Shown one piece after another: positions 1 through 21,996 of a stretch of DNA of 64,000 nt. Every line of letters begins with the position of its first letter. Position 1 is the stretch's first letter. The stretch is taken from NCBI RefSeq assembly GCF_009914755.1, contig NC_060926.1. One strand, 5' to 3'. The translations under genes were made by a program, and so were the position numbers. The notes under the pieces are model-generated. The model was given only the letters and a program-made list of their open reading frames with translations, was not told the DNA's origin and did no database searches. The stretch comes from the human T2T-CHM13v2.0 reference genome, Homo sapiens.

Positions 1-909
1 GCCCGCTTTGGCCTCCCAAAGTGCTGGGATTACAGGCGTGAGCCACTGCGCCAGTGCAAAAATGTTTTTTAAAGTAACTTTAATATTATACAAGATTATG
101 ACTGTGGAAGGCACCTCACCTTATATTATTTTATATCAAATAATGGCTACATGGAGATGGTAGAGAAAAAAAAGAAAGGGCTAAACTTCCAAAATAAGTT
201 GATTAGGAATATTTCTCAAGAGCTGCCTGACAACTCCTTGTTTGAGAGAGAGGCACTGGTCAGAGGGTGGGATGGATGCTTAGAGCTGGAGTAGGTGGAG
301 GAAGAATGTTTTTTGAACAGAAGCTTTCTAATGGGACAGCATGACTTCAGGTAATTTCTTACAAACAATGTTTTTTCCTCTCACTTCGAGCAGCTCTTAG
401 TGTTCTCATCCCCAGAATACCACAGGCCGAAATAAAGCAAAATATTCCACACTTGAGTTGAGCAAATGGAACAACGCCCTAATTAGTTAAATATGCTTTG
501 GAGAGAAATAACTTTTCTGTTTGTTTTTTAGCCCTAATTAAGTGATGCGGCAAGTGGTGGGATCCAATGCTGAAGAAAGGACCTTTTCTCTGGGGAGTGG
601 AGAAGTTTGCTTCACAGCTGCAGCCTCAGACCCCATGGTTCCTGAAATGAGGAAAGCTGCCTTGTTCAAGGACCTCCCTGCCCTCAACCTTCTGTGGTGA
701 AATGAGGGACATGGGGCAGATGACCTCAGAGATCCAGGCCAGCAGCTCCCTGCCCCCTACTGTGCCCCACCAGACTCTCTCTGCTAAGTCAGAATCACAA
801 CTGGGATTTCAATTACCGTGGAATTGTTTTTACTTTATTCTAACCATCTTATCTTGGCTTTAAAAAGAGTAATTTTAAAAACTTGTTTCATATAAAAAAT
901 CCTAGAACT

Positions 910-5880
<4,971 letters not shown>

Positions 5881-5881
5881 C

Positions 5882-6115
5882 AAGAAAAAAGAAAGCAAGA
5901 AAGCAAGCAAGGAAGTAAGGAAGAAAATAAAGAAAGGGAGAAAGAGAAAGAAAGAAAGAGAAAGAGAAAGAGAGAAAGAGAGAGAGAAAGAGAAAGAGAG
6001 AAAGAGAAAGAGAGAAAGAGAGAGAGAAAGAAAGAAAGGAAGGAAAGAAGGAAGGAAGGAAGGGAAAGAAAGAAGAAAGGGAAGGAATGAAGGGAGGGAG
6101 GGAGGGAGGGAAGGA
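5882..6115 (+). repeat. GA-rich low-complexity tract (expanded Alu tail; polypyrimidine in the KIF3C pre-mRNA)
   Basis: GAAA/GAGA/GGAA runs directly following an Alu 3' end. Confidence 0.9.
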
Positions 6116-6289
6116 AATTCATAATCATTATGCAGAAAGCTCATTCGAACTTCAGGTAAAGCACCTGCCACACTTTGAGTCTGGATCATGTGCTTGAGGC
6201 AGTCAAGTCAAAATTGCAGAGTGTTTTGAGAAATGAATAAATTCCTCTGAAGCAAGAAACTGCTAAACTCAAGTCAAAATCCCTTCTCA

Positions 6290-6632
6290 GTTCCACATTA
6301 AAGGAGACCAAAGAGTCATGACAATTAAATGAAATGCATGACTGCAGGTGGGGAGGGAGGGAAATCATCATAAAGGACATTGGCAAATTTTAATATTGCC
6401 TATATAATAATATTGTGACAATACAAAATTTCCTGAGTTTGATCATTGCACTGTGGAACACGAATGTTCTCATTTTTCGGAAGTACAGGTAAAAGGTCAA
6501 AATGTCTGCAACTTAATCTCAAGTGGTTGGGGGAAAGTTAAAGCAAGATATGGCAAAATGTTAATAATCTGGTGAAGGGTATACGAGAATTCTTTATACT
6601 ATTCTTGCAATTCTTGTTTTCAAAATAAAAAG
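6290..6632 (+). mobile_element. Old L1M (L1MC/MD/ME-like) 3' fragment
   Basis: Resembles L1M 3'UTR motifs (AAATTTCCTGAGTTTGATCATTG.., TCTGCAACTT.., GGTGAAGGGTATACG..TATTCTTGCAA). Confidence 0.6.
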
Positions 6633-6639
6633 CTGACGT

Positions 6640-7869
<1,230 letters not shown>

Positions 7870-8529
7870 AGAAAGAACTTTTCTAAGCATAAGATAACCC
7901 TTCAGAGTGAAGCCTCGCCAGCATCCAACTCCAGCAAATGTCATTGGAGCAGTGGTTTTCTAGCCTGGCTTCAAATGCAGAATCACAAAACCTAAGACCT
8001 GGGACCCTTTAAATCAGACTCTCTGCAGGTATTCTAGCTCCAGCCAGGGTGGAAAACCTCTATGACAGCTGATGTACTATTGAGAATCTCTACCTAGATT
8101 GGAAAGGTGGATTGTAGGTGCAAAGTAATACCATTGAAAAGTCCTCTATTCACGTGCTTGCCACTTACAAACTTATGTGGTATCACCTTAAGTAAAATCA
8201 GCCTTTAAGAAAGATCAAATAGGCATCTAAGCTATAGTTGTTAAAAAAAAAAAAAAGAAGAAGAAAAGAAAAGGAAGAAAGGAAAAAAAAAATAACCAAG
8301 TAGGCATCTGATGCTTCAGTGAGAAGCTGTAGACCTCTTGCTAGCTTCCCATCCCAGATTTAGGGAGACTCTTGCCCTATTTTAACATTAATATTCTAGA
8401 GAGAGCAAATAATCTCCAGGAAGGTGCATTGGTGTCCAGCCTCCTAAGCACCTCTCTCTATATATTTGCAATTAAGGGCCCATGGTTCAGCCGGGCAAGG
8501 CCTCACTCTGTTGGGATGTTCTTCATGGC

Positions 8530-8548
8530 CACCAGCAGAGGGAGCCAC
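8530..8548 (+). promoter_or_regulatory. Candidate CTCF motif in intron 5
   Basis: CCAGCAGAGGGAGC, close to the CCASYAGRKGGCRS consensus; motif only. Confidence 0.35.
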
Positions 8549-9136
8549 ACACCCAGCCAATGGCCGCAGCTGCACCCAAGGACTAGGACATGGAAACAGG
8601 TGGAAATGCTGAAATCACCCGGATGAGCGAGCGCACTGAGATTGGATCACAGCTCTATCACATCATGATCTGATTACTTATTTCCCACTGGACTGTGAGC
8701 TCGGACCATGTCTAATTTATCTTCTGTCTCCTGAGTCTTGCACAGCATCCGGCACACAGTAGCGCTTGGCAAATATTAACTGTGGTTGCTATTTCGGGCA
8801 TCTGACAAATGAATATTCACCAGACCTGGCCAGATGTTAGCATTCGCTAGGATTGTCAAGAGGCTGAGATGCTCTTCCTCCCTCCCGAGATCCCTCACAA
8901 GGTATTTTCTGCATCCCAGGCCAATGAGACACTTTTTTTCCCAGAACACCCTTCCATCATAGAGACCCCTACAATTAGATCCTGAGAAATTCATCCCCCA
9001 TCGGCATCCTCCCCATCTTTTCCCCAATCCACAAAACATCTGTCTCCCTGCAGGCAAGGCCTCAGGCCCCTCACCAGCCCCGACCTGGAGTGGACCCACA
9101 AGTCCCCCAGCCCAGACAGCTGGGTTAGAGACTCAC

Positions 9137-9253
9137 ACGCCGGCTGGCACCAGTGGCTGGAACTTCCACTGCTCCTCCTCACAGTCCAGGAAAAGCCGGT
9201 TCATGATCTTGTTCTTCTCCTCCGGCGGGATGAAGTTCTCGATGATTAGGTAC
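9137..9253 (-). CDS. KIF3C: KIF3C coding exon 5 ([39 protein letters not shown])
   Basis: Acceptor ctcccag|G, donor CGT|GTGAGT; 117 nt, phase 2/2; conserved kinesin-2 LIIENFIP motif. The CDS continues beyond the window start. Confidence 0.96.
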
Positions 9254-9356
9254 CTGGGAGCAGGAATGAAGGAGTGATGGGAAAATGGGTGAGCGAGAGA
9301 CCACGTGGTGCATGTGAGGGTTGAAGGATTAGAAGCAACAAGCCAAGAGGCAGAGG

Positions 9357-11312
<1,956 letters not shown>

Positions 11313-11612
11313 CTAAAAATAATTTTTAAAAAATTTAAAATCACTGATTCTTATGCAAAGATGGTAGCCTCAGGGCCTTCGGAGTTACTTTTGGCCAGCA
11401 CCTAGCGTCCATTTTGAGGGGTTAATCAAATACAGGCAGAGGAGGTAGAAGAAACTCCAGCACGTGGGCCCATCCCTCAGCCCTCAGACGCATTTTATTC
11501 CTAAAGGACTCATGGGAGAGGAGACAGTCAGGATGAGGCCTTAGGGGAGGAGAGGCCTGAGTAATGATGGCTGGCTGTGGGGACCCGGGATGAAAAGAGC
11601 TGCGGGCCCTAC

Positions 11613-11731
11613 TTGAGCTTGAGTTCGCGGGTCTGCTCGTTCTGCGCCTCCTCCAGGTCCTGCCGCACGCGGATATACTCATCATGCTGGTCCTGGATCT
11701 CCGCCTTCACCGCCTGCAGCTTGGCGTAGAG
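11613..11731 (-). CDS. KIF3C: KIF3C coding exon 4 ([40 protein letters not shown])
   Basis: Acceptor cacccag|CTC, donor CAA|GTAGGG; 119 nt, ends in phase 2. Confidence 0.96.
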
Positions 11732-12886
11732 CTGGGTGGGGACAGGTGCCACTCAGAGGCTGCTTGGTGTGGCAACGAGGCCCCAGTCACCCAGCCTGGG
11801 CCGCAGGGCTGCAGGCTCAGAGTCTACCGACTCAGCCCAGGATGAGGCTGCGGGTCCTTTTCTGAACTCCCCGCTGTGCCCAACCCACCACGAATTGGGC
11901 TGGGCTATTTAAAGTGGTGCCCCGCCCTCCTTCACTGAGGCCTGTGACCATTGTCTGCTCTTTCTCAGCTGCTATCAGCATCGTGGAATGTTCAAACGGG
12001 AGGGGACCCCAGGGACCTTTTGGTCCAATACCCTCCTTTCATAGATGAGGAAGCCAGGCACAGACTTGCTCAAGGTCACACAACCAGCCAATAGAAGAGC
12101 CGGAACTAGGACCCGGGGCTTATTTGGAGACCCAGCTCAGGAAGCAGGAAGCCTGAACGAGTTTGGAAGGTGACCCCTCCCACTCCAGTCTCTTCAGGGG
12201 CTCTCAAAAGTGGGGTGTGGAGGTAGCATGGCCATCCTGCTCCTCTCCAAAGCCACTGAGGGCTGGGTCCGTGGTAACTGCCACAGTGGCAGTGCCTCTG
12301 CCAGGCCTGCCCCTGGGCAGCCACATCACCCACCCCGAAGGGCCTCCAGGTTTTTCCCAGAATCCAAGCTAGAGCTTTGCTGCTTCCTGCCCTAGACCCC
12401 CCTCACATGTACATGTCTTTCCCTTGCCACGGGCTTTGCAGGGTTCTGGTGAGCGGCTATTCTCATCCCTTGACATGTCCTTGAGGGCCTTACACTCCCC
12501 ACCTGAGCTTCCCGGGGTTCCAGTCTCCTCCTCAGCCTCTCTGTATTCCCCTGGCCCTGCTCCAGGCCCAGCTATCCCAACTGTGACTCACTGGTGACAC
12601 TGAACGGGGTAATCACCCAGGACCATGAAGATGGTAACGCTGGATACTGCAAGTGACAGAGTTTGCAGCCTGTCATAGCCCACCCTGGCCCAGGAGAAAA
12701 GGCTCTACTCCACCCCCAGCCCCCGCCTCCTGCCTCCCCCTGTTGCTCACCCCCGAGGCCAAGCCATGTCACTCAGGGGTTCAGCAGTTCCAGCCAAATG
12801 GGGAGGAGTCCCTGAAGCACACATCCCTTGGGCAGAGACTGCTGGGCCTCCAGCACACCTTAACCGGTCCTGCTGCAGCGTCTCAC

Positions 12887-13009
12887 CTTCTTGAGTTTCT
12901 TGGTTTTGACCTCCACCTCCTGCTGCAGGGATGTGTAGGTGCCCCGGAGCTCCATAGTCTCCTCGTCCCGGAGCATCATCTCCTGCTGCATCTCCCGCTC
13001 ACGACGTTT
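12887..13009 (-). CDS. KIF3C: KIF3C coding exon 3 ([41 protein letters not shown])
   Basis: Acceptor ggcctag|AAA, donor AAG|GTGAGA; 123 nt, phase 0; coiled coil homologous to KIF3A/B. Confidence 0.96.
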
Positions 13010-13688
13010 CTAGGCCAAGGACGGGCAGTGTGGCTCAAAGGAGCAGTGCATACTCGGGAGGGCCAGGAAAGCTCAGGGGACTGGCTCACTCTGCCTGTCT
13101 CGGGACCTGGCTTCACCATGGCCCATGGCCCACATCCACTGCTCCCACCCAATCCTGCAGAGCCCCTGGGAACCCTCCTCTCAGTTCCCAGGGCCATGCC
13201 TTTGCCAGGCTCTGCCCCATGTGGATGGAGACCCCAGCCCCTAAGAGCTGGCCTACTCCAGAGGCGTTAGTCACACAGATGGAGGCACATCACACTGCCT
13301 TCCAAGCTGCCTCACCCTCTCCCCAAGTAGTATAATGGTTGATTGGTAAGACCAACAAACTGTGGCTCTTGATGATTTAGGGAAACAGTCATACAGTTGG
13401 CAAAGAACTCACACCACCTTGTGGAAGGCCCAGGAATTAGTACCAGGTGGCTTGTGGAGGCTGATGTTATGGAGAGCTATCACGTCCTCTCGCCCACCAG
13501 CTAGCAGTGCCCCTGCCAAAGGGAAGACCCTGGGCTAGTAGACCTGTGGGACCCAGGGTGGCATGTCTGAGATTCTCAGCACTGTAATTCCAGAGATCCA
13601 GAGTCCACCATGGTTTACGGCCCTGCACCTCCCAGACATGAGCTGCAGGCCACACTCTCCAAGGGGACCTGGCACCTGGAGGCCCTAC

Positions 13689-13790
13689 CTGCTCGGCAAT
13701 CTCCTGCCTCTTCAGTTCCAACATCTTCTGCTGTTCGTTGGTGTGATCCATGATGTTCCTGCCCCCGATGAGGAGCTTGCTCTCCATGGC
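13689..13790 (-). CDS. KIF3C: KIF3C coding exon 2 ([34 protein letters not shown])
   Basis: Acceptor tgtccccag|GCC, donor CAG|GTAGGG; 102 nt, in frame with exon 1; kinesin-2 stalk sequence. Confidence 0.96.
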
Positions 13791-15399
13791 CTGGGGACAC
13801 AGAGGGGTTGGGAGGTGGGCTTTGCAAAGGGTCCACAACATTGCTAGCTGGAGAGATTTTGCTTCCCTGCTCTGTGGTCCTTCTGGGAGTGGACACCAGA
13901 TGTGTCCCAGATGGGGCCTTGTGGCTTTCAGGGAGAATGGAGTTTTCCCCTCTAGTGTCTCAGGTCCCAGCACAAGGCTCTTATTGTCAGCAGGAACACT
14001 AGGGAGGCACAGAGGGTGCCCCTCGGGGAATCTAGGGCAACTGGTCTGTTTGCTTTGGGTACACAGGAAAGGTTGGTCCACCAGGGCTAGGAGGAGGATG
14101 GGGGTGGCAACCTAATCCTGGCAACCAGGACCCAGCTGGTGTTGAGGATTGGGAAAGATAAGATACAGTCACCAGGTAGCCCAGCCTTTAGCTAACTGGC
14201 TTCCAACTCAGGAAGACAGCTCTCAACACAGGCAGCAGGAAAGGGTCTAAATCTTCAGCTGATGTGGAAAGCAGAAGAAAAGCCAAAGGGAGCAGACTGC
14301 ACAGCAAGAAGGAACAGCACGGGCCCAGCACAGCAGGAGCTTTGGAGAGGGCCGGGAAGACTTGGTTCTACCCACTTACCTCGAGGCTTTGGGCAAATTA
14401 ATCCCTTCAGGTCTGTCATCTACAATATTGGAACACCGCCTATGTTCCAGGATGGCTGGCAAACATTTGTGGAGCGCTAAGTATCTATTAGATGCTGAGC
14501 TAAGCCTTTAACACCATGGTTTCCATCCCCCCCTAAGAGGGACTATTCTCCTCCGCATTTAATAAATGAAGACATTGAGAATGACCAGCCTAAGGCCATG
14601 CAGCTATTGAGTAGCAAAGAGGAGAGATTTGAACCTCGTACCCCCAGTCTCACTCTGTGAAAGCCCCTAGTCAGTGCTTTGGAATCTGAAGCTGAAATAA
14701 TGTCAGATTTGTGTAAACTGTGACTACATAAAATGTATTTTCAAGAGGGTGCTGTCGGCAGCCTTTCAAAACCTATTCTGGTTTGGGGGGGTGCCCGATT
14801 TGAAATTTTAGAAAATGAAAATAAAATAAGAAGAAGGTGCTGTCCCAGGGTACCCAGTTGTCCTCTGGCTTCATCACGGGCCTCCTGGAAGGTTGAAATC
14901 ACCTTGAACCAGTGGAAAAAGCTGGCTGCTTCTCCACTGGAATTTTTCCCAGTGGAAACAGCTGACCTACCTGAGGGATCTCAAAGCAGGGGGTGCTGTC
15001 AGACTTGGGGAGCAGGAGACCACCTGTAAGAGCCACATCATTGGGAACACAGCCAGACAGGGGTTAACAGTGGCTTTTGGGAGGTCAAGGAATGGGCTGT
15101 GTGAGGCTTTGTCACCCAAAGACGCTGAGCAAGTTGGGCCCGCCAGAGAGGCACGAGCTTCATTCCAGCCCCACACAGCCTCAGAGGCCAAGGCAGGAGG
15201 AAGAGGCCTTGAGCCCTGGAGGCTGTCCATGCTGCCACACTGCAGCCGCCTGCGCTCCTGGTTAATGATCTCCCCTCTTACCGCATTGCCTTGCCACAGA
15301 CCTAAACCCATCCTAGGCTCCTCCTTCACACTCCAGGTCAGCATTTGCAGGACCATGAGAGGGAAGAATCCCTTACACTGCATCCTCAGCGACTCACCT

Positions 15400-17191
<1,792 letters not shown>

Positions 17192-18139
17192 TGAGAGAAA
17201 AGAGAAGAACCACATGGAGGAGGCCCCTACTGTTGTGGACCATGGATACCTGATCCCCTAACTACTGGGTCACAGGTCTTCAGGAGCCTGCTGTCTGGCC
17301 TGGCCTCTGAATCTGGGACACGCTTGTCCATTTCAACCCTGAGACCCTTCATTTTCCCCAGCATTTTATGTGGCTCTAGCATTCTTTATTCTTTATAATC
17401 AAAAGACACTTGCTCTCAAATATCACTGCATGTTAGAAACACCTGGGGAGATTTTGTAACACTCCAGAGCCAGGTGTGGTGGCTTATGCCTGTGGTCCCC
17501 ATTGTTTGGGAGGCTGAGGCAGGAGGATCGCTTGAGCCCAGGGGTTCAAGATCAGCTTGGGCAACATAGCAACGCCCTATCTCAAAAATAAATAAGCAAA
17601 TCAAATAAGAAATTCAGACCTAGTGAATTGAGATCCATATTGTACTGAGATTCCCAGGTAATTTGGATGCACATAAATGTCTGAAAAGGACTGGTGTAAG
17701 GGGCATGCATATTATTAGCACTATCATTTTTCCAGTGAAAGCTCACAGAGGTTATATAACCCATCCAAGGTCACATGATGGCCCCCTCAGTAACCAGGCC
17801 ATATTCCTACTATTTCTCATGATAGAATCATTATTCGTTTACATGCTCTCTCGCCTGTAAGCTCCCTTAGGACAGCAATCATATCTTACTCGTATCTCAG
17901 GGTCCCTGGACTTAGCACACTGCTTGGCAGATAACCATCTGTGAGCTTTCACTGGAAAAATGATAGTTATATGCCTCTCATTAAATTTAAATGGAGATCC
18001 AGCTGAGCAGGATGGCTTATGCCTGTAATTGCAGCACTTTGGGAGGCTGAAGTGGGCAGATCCCTTGAGTCCAGGAGTTCAAGACCAGCCCAAGTAACAT
18101 GGCAAAACCCGTCTCTATAAAAAATATAAAAATGGGTCA

Positions 18140-18277
<138 letters not shown>

Positions 18278-18899
18278 TCAAAAAAAGAAAGAGAATTAAA
18301 AACAAAAAACTTAAATGGAGACCTGGCCTAGGCCTGCCTGGCTCCAAAGCCCAAGCTCTTCCTATTGCAGGGGCTGTGGTGACTCCTTTAGGAAGCAGAA
18401 CCTGCTAAAGGAAATCAACATGTTTCCGGCAAGAGGAAATGGTGTCTGACTAATCTCTGAGAGTTCTTTCAGAATGGGACGGAATAGGTTATTACAGCAC
18501 ATGGGGAAGCCAATGACCAGAACTCTGGAGGTTAAAGCACTCCTGGCAAGGCTGCACATCAGAGGTTATTCAAAGTTACATGGGGAGTGAAGAGATGGAG
18601 AAAGGGGAAGTGAACTAGGGAAAGGAAACAGAAATAAACAGGTATTTCTCTGGATGGAAAGCACTCAAGTGTGAAACAACAGGACTAATCTCTGAAGCTG
18701 TGCAAGAAGGAGTGCATGGGTGAAATACCCAACTTCACAGACACCCCCAAATCCTCCTAGGTGGTAAAGTACAACAGAATTTCTAGCCTATGTGAGCTGA
18801 CAAAAAATGGCAGATGAGCATCAATTACAATTTTACATTTTGGGGAAAAGGAATCCTAACTCTACTAATTAAATGATAGCCATGGGCAATCAATTATAA

Positions 18900-19560
18900 G
18901 CCCTAAAAAGGGGAGGAGGAGGAGGAGTAACACTCCACTGTTCCCAGAAGACACTGGCTGAATATGCTGCCACAGCTAAAAAAGTCAGTAGCATCTGCCC
19001 AGGCACCATCATGAAGGCTTTTTAGAAACAAAACATTGTACCCTCATATAAAACCATGATGTGGCTGAATTGGGAGTACTGTGTGTAGTTCTCTTACTGC
19101 ATCTCCAGAGACATAAAGCAGAGAGAAGATCAAGAGAAGGGAGGCTTAGGCCGGGCGCAGTGGCTCAAGCCTGTAATCCCAGCACTTTGGGAGGCCGAGG
19201 CAGGAGAATCGCTTGAACCCGAGGCGGAGGTTGCAGTGAGCTGAAATCGTGCCACTGCACTCCTGCCTGGGTAACAGAATGAGACTCCATCTCAAAAAAA
19301 AAAAAAAAAGACTCTGTTCTGAAAAGACAAAGAAAAGTTAAGAGGATAAGTCTGGAAATGAAACAATCAAAACTGGGGATGAAAAGGAAAGATCCAGGCT
19401 TTTCCAATCCATCCTGGCACATAGAGTAAGAGCTCACGTCTTGAGGTTTGACAGCAGCAGTTTTTAGGACAAACGAAAAGGAGTTTTACTGTTTATAGAA
19501 GGTAATACATTTACGAAATTTGTTACTTCAAGAGTTAACCCTGGAGGAAATACCAGTCTA
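18900..19560 (+). mobile_element. Ancient CR1/L3 LINE fragment, interrupted by an Alu monomer at 19149-19309
   Basis: CR1-type 3' ORF2 motifs (GAGTACTGTGTGTAGTTCT.., TTTAGGACAAACGAAAAGGAG..); recognised by eye. Confidence 0.5.
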
Positions 19561-20086
19561 TTAAAGAATTCTGGGGACACGTTTTTAACCCTTTATTGTC
19601 TTTCTCTCCTTTCAGAAAAAAAGAATTGCACAAACATCAAAATCACCAAAGAAATAAAATGACAAATGCCACATATTCCCTACCATGGCTACTTGGTTTC
19701 TTTCATTTTCCCTGGTTTTTTTTTGTTTGTTTTTGTTTTTTTGAGACGGAGTTTCGCTCTTGTTGCCCAGGCTGGAGTGCAATGGCACGATCTCGGCTCA
19801 CGCAACCTCCACCTCCTGGGTTCAAATGAGTCTCCTGTCTCAGCCTTCCAAGTAGCTGGGATTACAGGCGCGCACCACCACACCCGGCTAATTTTGTAGT
19901 TTTGTAGAGACAGGGTTTCTCCATGTTGGTCAGGCTGGTCTTGAACTCCCGACCTATGGTGATCCACCCACCTCAGCCTCCCAAAGTGCTGGGATTACAG
20001 GCATGAGCCACTGTGCCTGGCCCTTTTTTCACCTCTATGGACATAGTATAAACACAAGCTTATGTCTTGCTATTTCCACTTTACCT

Positions 20087-20503
20087 AATATATATATAAT
20101 ATAATATATATATAAAATATATGTTATATATATAATATATATTATATAATATATAATATATATAATATATAAAATATATAAAATATATAATATATAATAT
20201 AATATATAATATATATAATATATAAAATATATATAATATAAAATATATATAATATATAATATATATAATATATAATACATATAATATATAATATATAATA
20301 TATATAATATATAATATATAATATATAATATATATAATATATAATATATAATATATAATATATATAATATATAATATATAATATATAAATATATAAATAT
20401 ATATACACACATACACACACATATATGCATATATATACATATACATGTGTACATAGATACATGTATATGTATATATATGCATATATGTGTGTGTGTGTAT
20501 GTA

Positions 20504-20543
<40 letters not shown>
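20087..20543. repeat. Large AT-rich tandem repeat (TATAA-type, ~30-nt period core) grading into (CA)/(TG)/(TA) microsatellites
   Basis: About 320 bp of almost pure A/T; ATAATATATAATATATAATATATATAATAT repeated. Confidence 0.95.
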
Positions 20544-20559
<16 letters not shown>

Positions 20560-21006
20560 TTTTTTTAAAGATAGAGTCTCACTCTGTCACCCAGGCTGGA
20601 GTGCAGTGGTGCACTCTCAGCTCACTGAAACCTCCCGCCTCCCAGGTTCAAATGATTCTTCTGCCTTGGCCTCCTGAGTAGCTGGGACCACAGGCACCCA
20701 CCACCACGCCTGGCTAATTTTTGTATTTTATTGTAGAGACAGGGTTTTGCCATGTTGCCCAGGCTGGCTCAAGGGATCCACCTGCCTCAGCCTCTCAAAG
20801 TGCTGTGATCACAGGTGTGAGCCACCACTCCCAGCCTAATTTTTTGCTTTTTTAGGTGACTTTCTTAGAAAGGAATTTCAGAAGAGGACAAAGGGTTATA
20901 AACATTTTGTGTATCTTGGAACATATTGTCAATTATCATTCTAATGACTTAAACTACTGCCAGCAGTAAATAATGGAACCATTTTTATTACAGCATCATA
21001 GGCATG

Positions 21007-21160
<154 letters not shown>

Positions 21161-21867
21161 TGAGTAGCTGGGATTACAGATGTGTACCACCACACCTGGC
21201 TAATTTTTGTATTTTTAGTAGAGATGGGGTTTCACTATGTTGGCCAGGCTGGTCTCAAACTGCTGACCTTGTGATCCGCCCACCTCAGCATCCCAAAGTG
21301 CTGGGATTACAGGCGTGAGCCACCATCCCTGGCTCCGCATGAAGTATTATTATTTTAAAAATTTGTTATGGCTAGGCACAGTGGCTCATACCTGTAATCC
21401 CAACACTTTCGGAGACCTAGGCAGGTGCATCATTTGAGGCCAGGAGTTTGAGACTAGCCTGGCCAACATGGCAAAATCTCATCTCTACTAAAAAGACAGA
21501 AATTAGCTGGGCATGGTGGCGTGCACCTGGAATCCCAGCTACTCAGGAGGCTGAGGCACAAGAATCGCCAGAGGTTACAGTGAGCTGAGATAGCACCACT
21601 GTACTCTAGCCTGGGCCACAGAGCAAGACTCTGTCTCAAAAATAAAATAAATAAAATAAAATAAAAATAAACATTTGTTATAATAATAGATATAAAATCG
21701 AGCCTCTGCATTCATTTTATATTCTCCATACCTTTAAGGTGGTCTTTGTGGAGGCCTGAGCTTTCCTTTCCCAACATACTCTATATTGTGTTTTTAAAAA
21801 CTTTTTGGTGATTTTTCTTTTTCCATTAGAGACGGGGTCTTGCTCTGTTGCCCAGGCTGGAATGTAG

Positions 21868-21996
<129 letters not shown>

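Noticed and set aside
8621-8673. Possible C/D-box snoRNA (GATGA...CTGA...CTGA)
   Set aside because: C box is non-consensus, there is no terminal stem, it is antisense to the host gene, and it abuts an L2 3' end.
14374-14421. Perfect donor GAG|GTAAGT with a possible 40-nt MIR-like exon; similar lone donors at ~15397 and ~35827
   Set aside because: No convincing polypyrimidine tract or acceptor upstream; lone donors are expected by chance.
20035-20482. Y/I-rich ORFs and a regular repeat that could suggest an array
   Set aside because: Simple AT tandem repeat in eukaryotic DNA with no unique spacers; not CRISPR and not coding.
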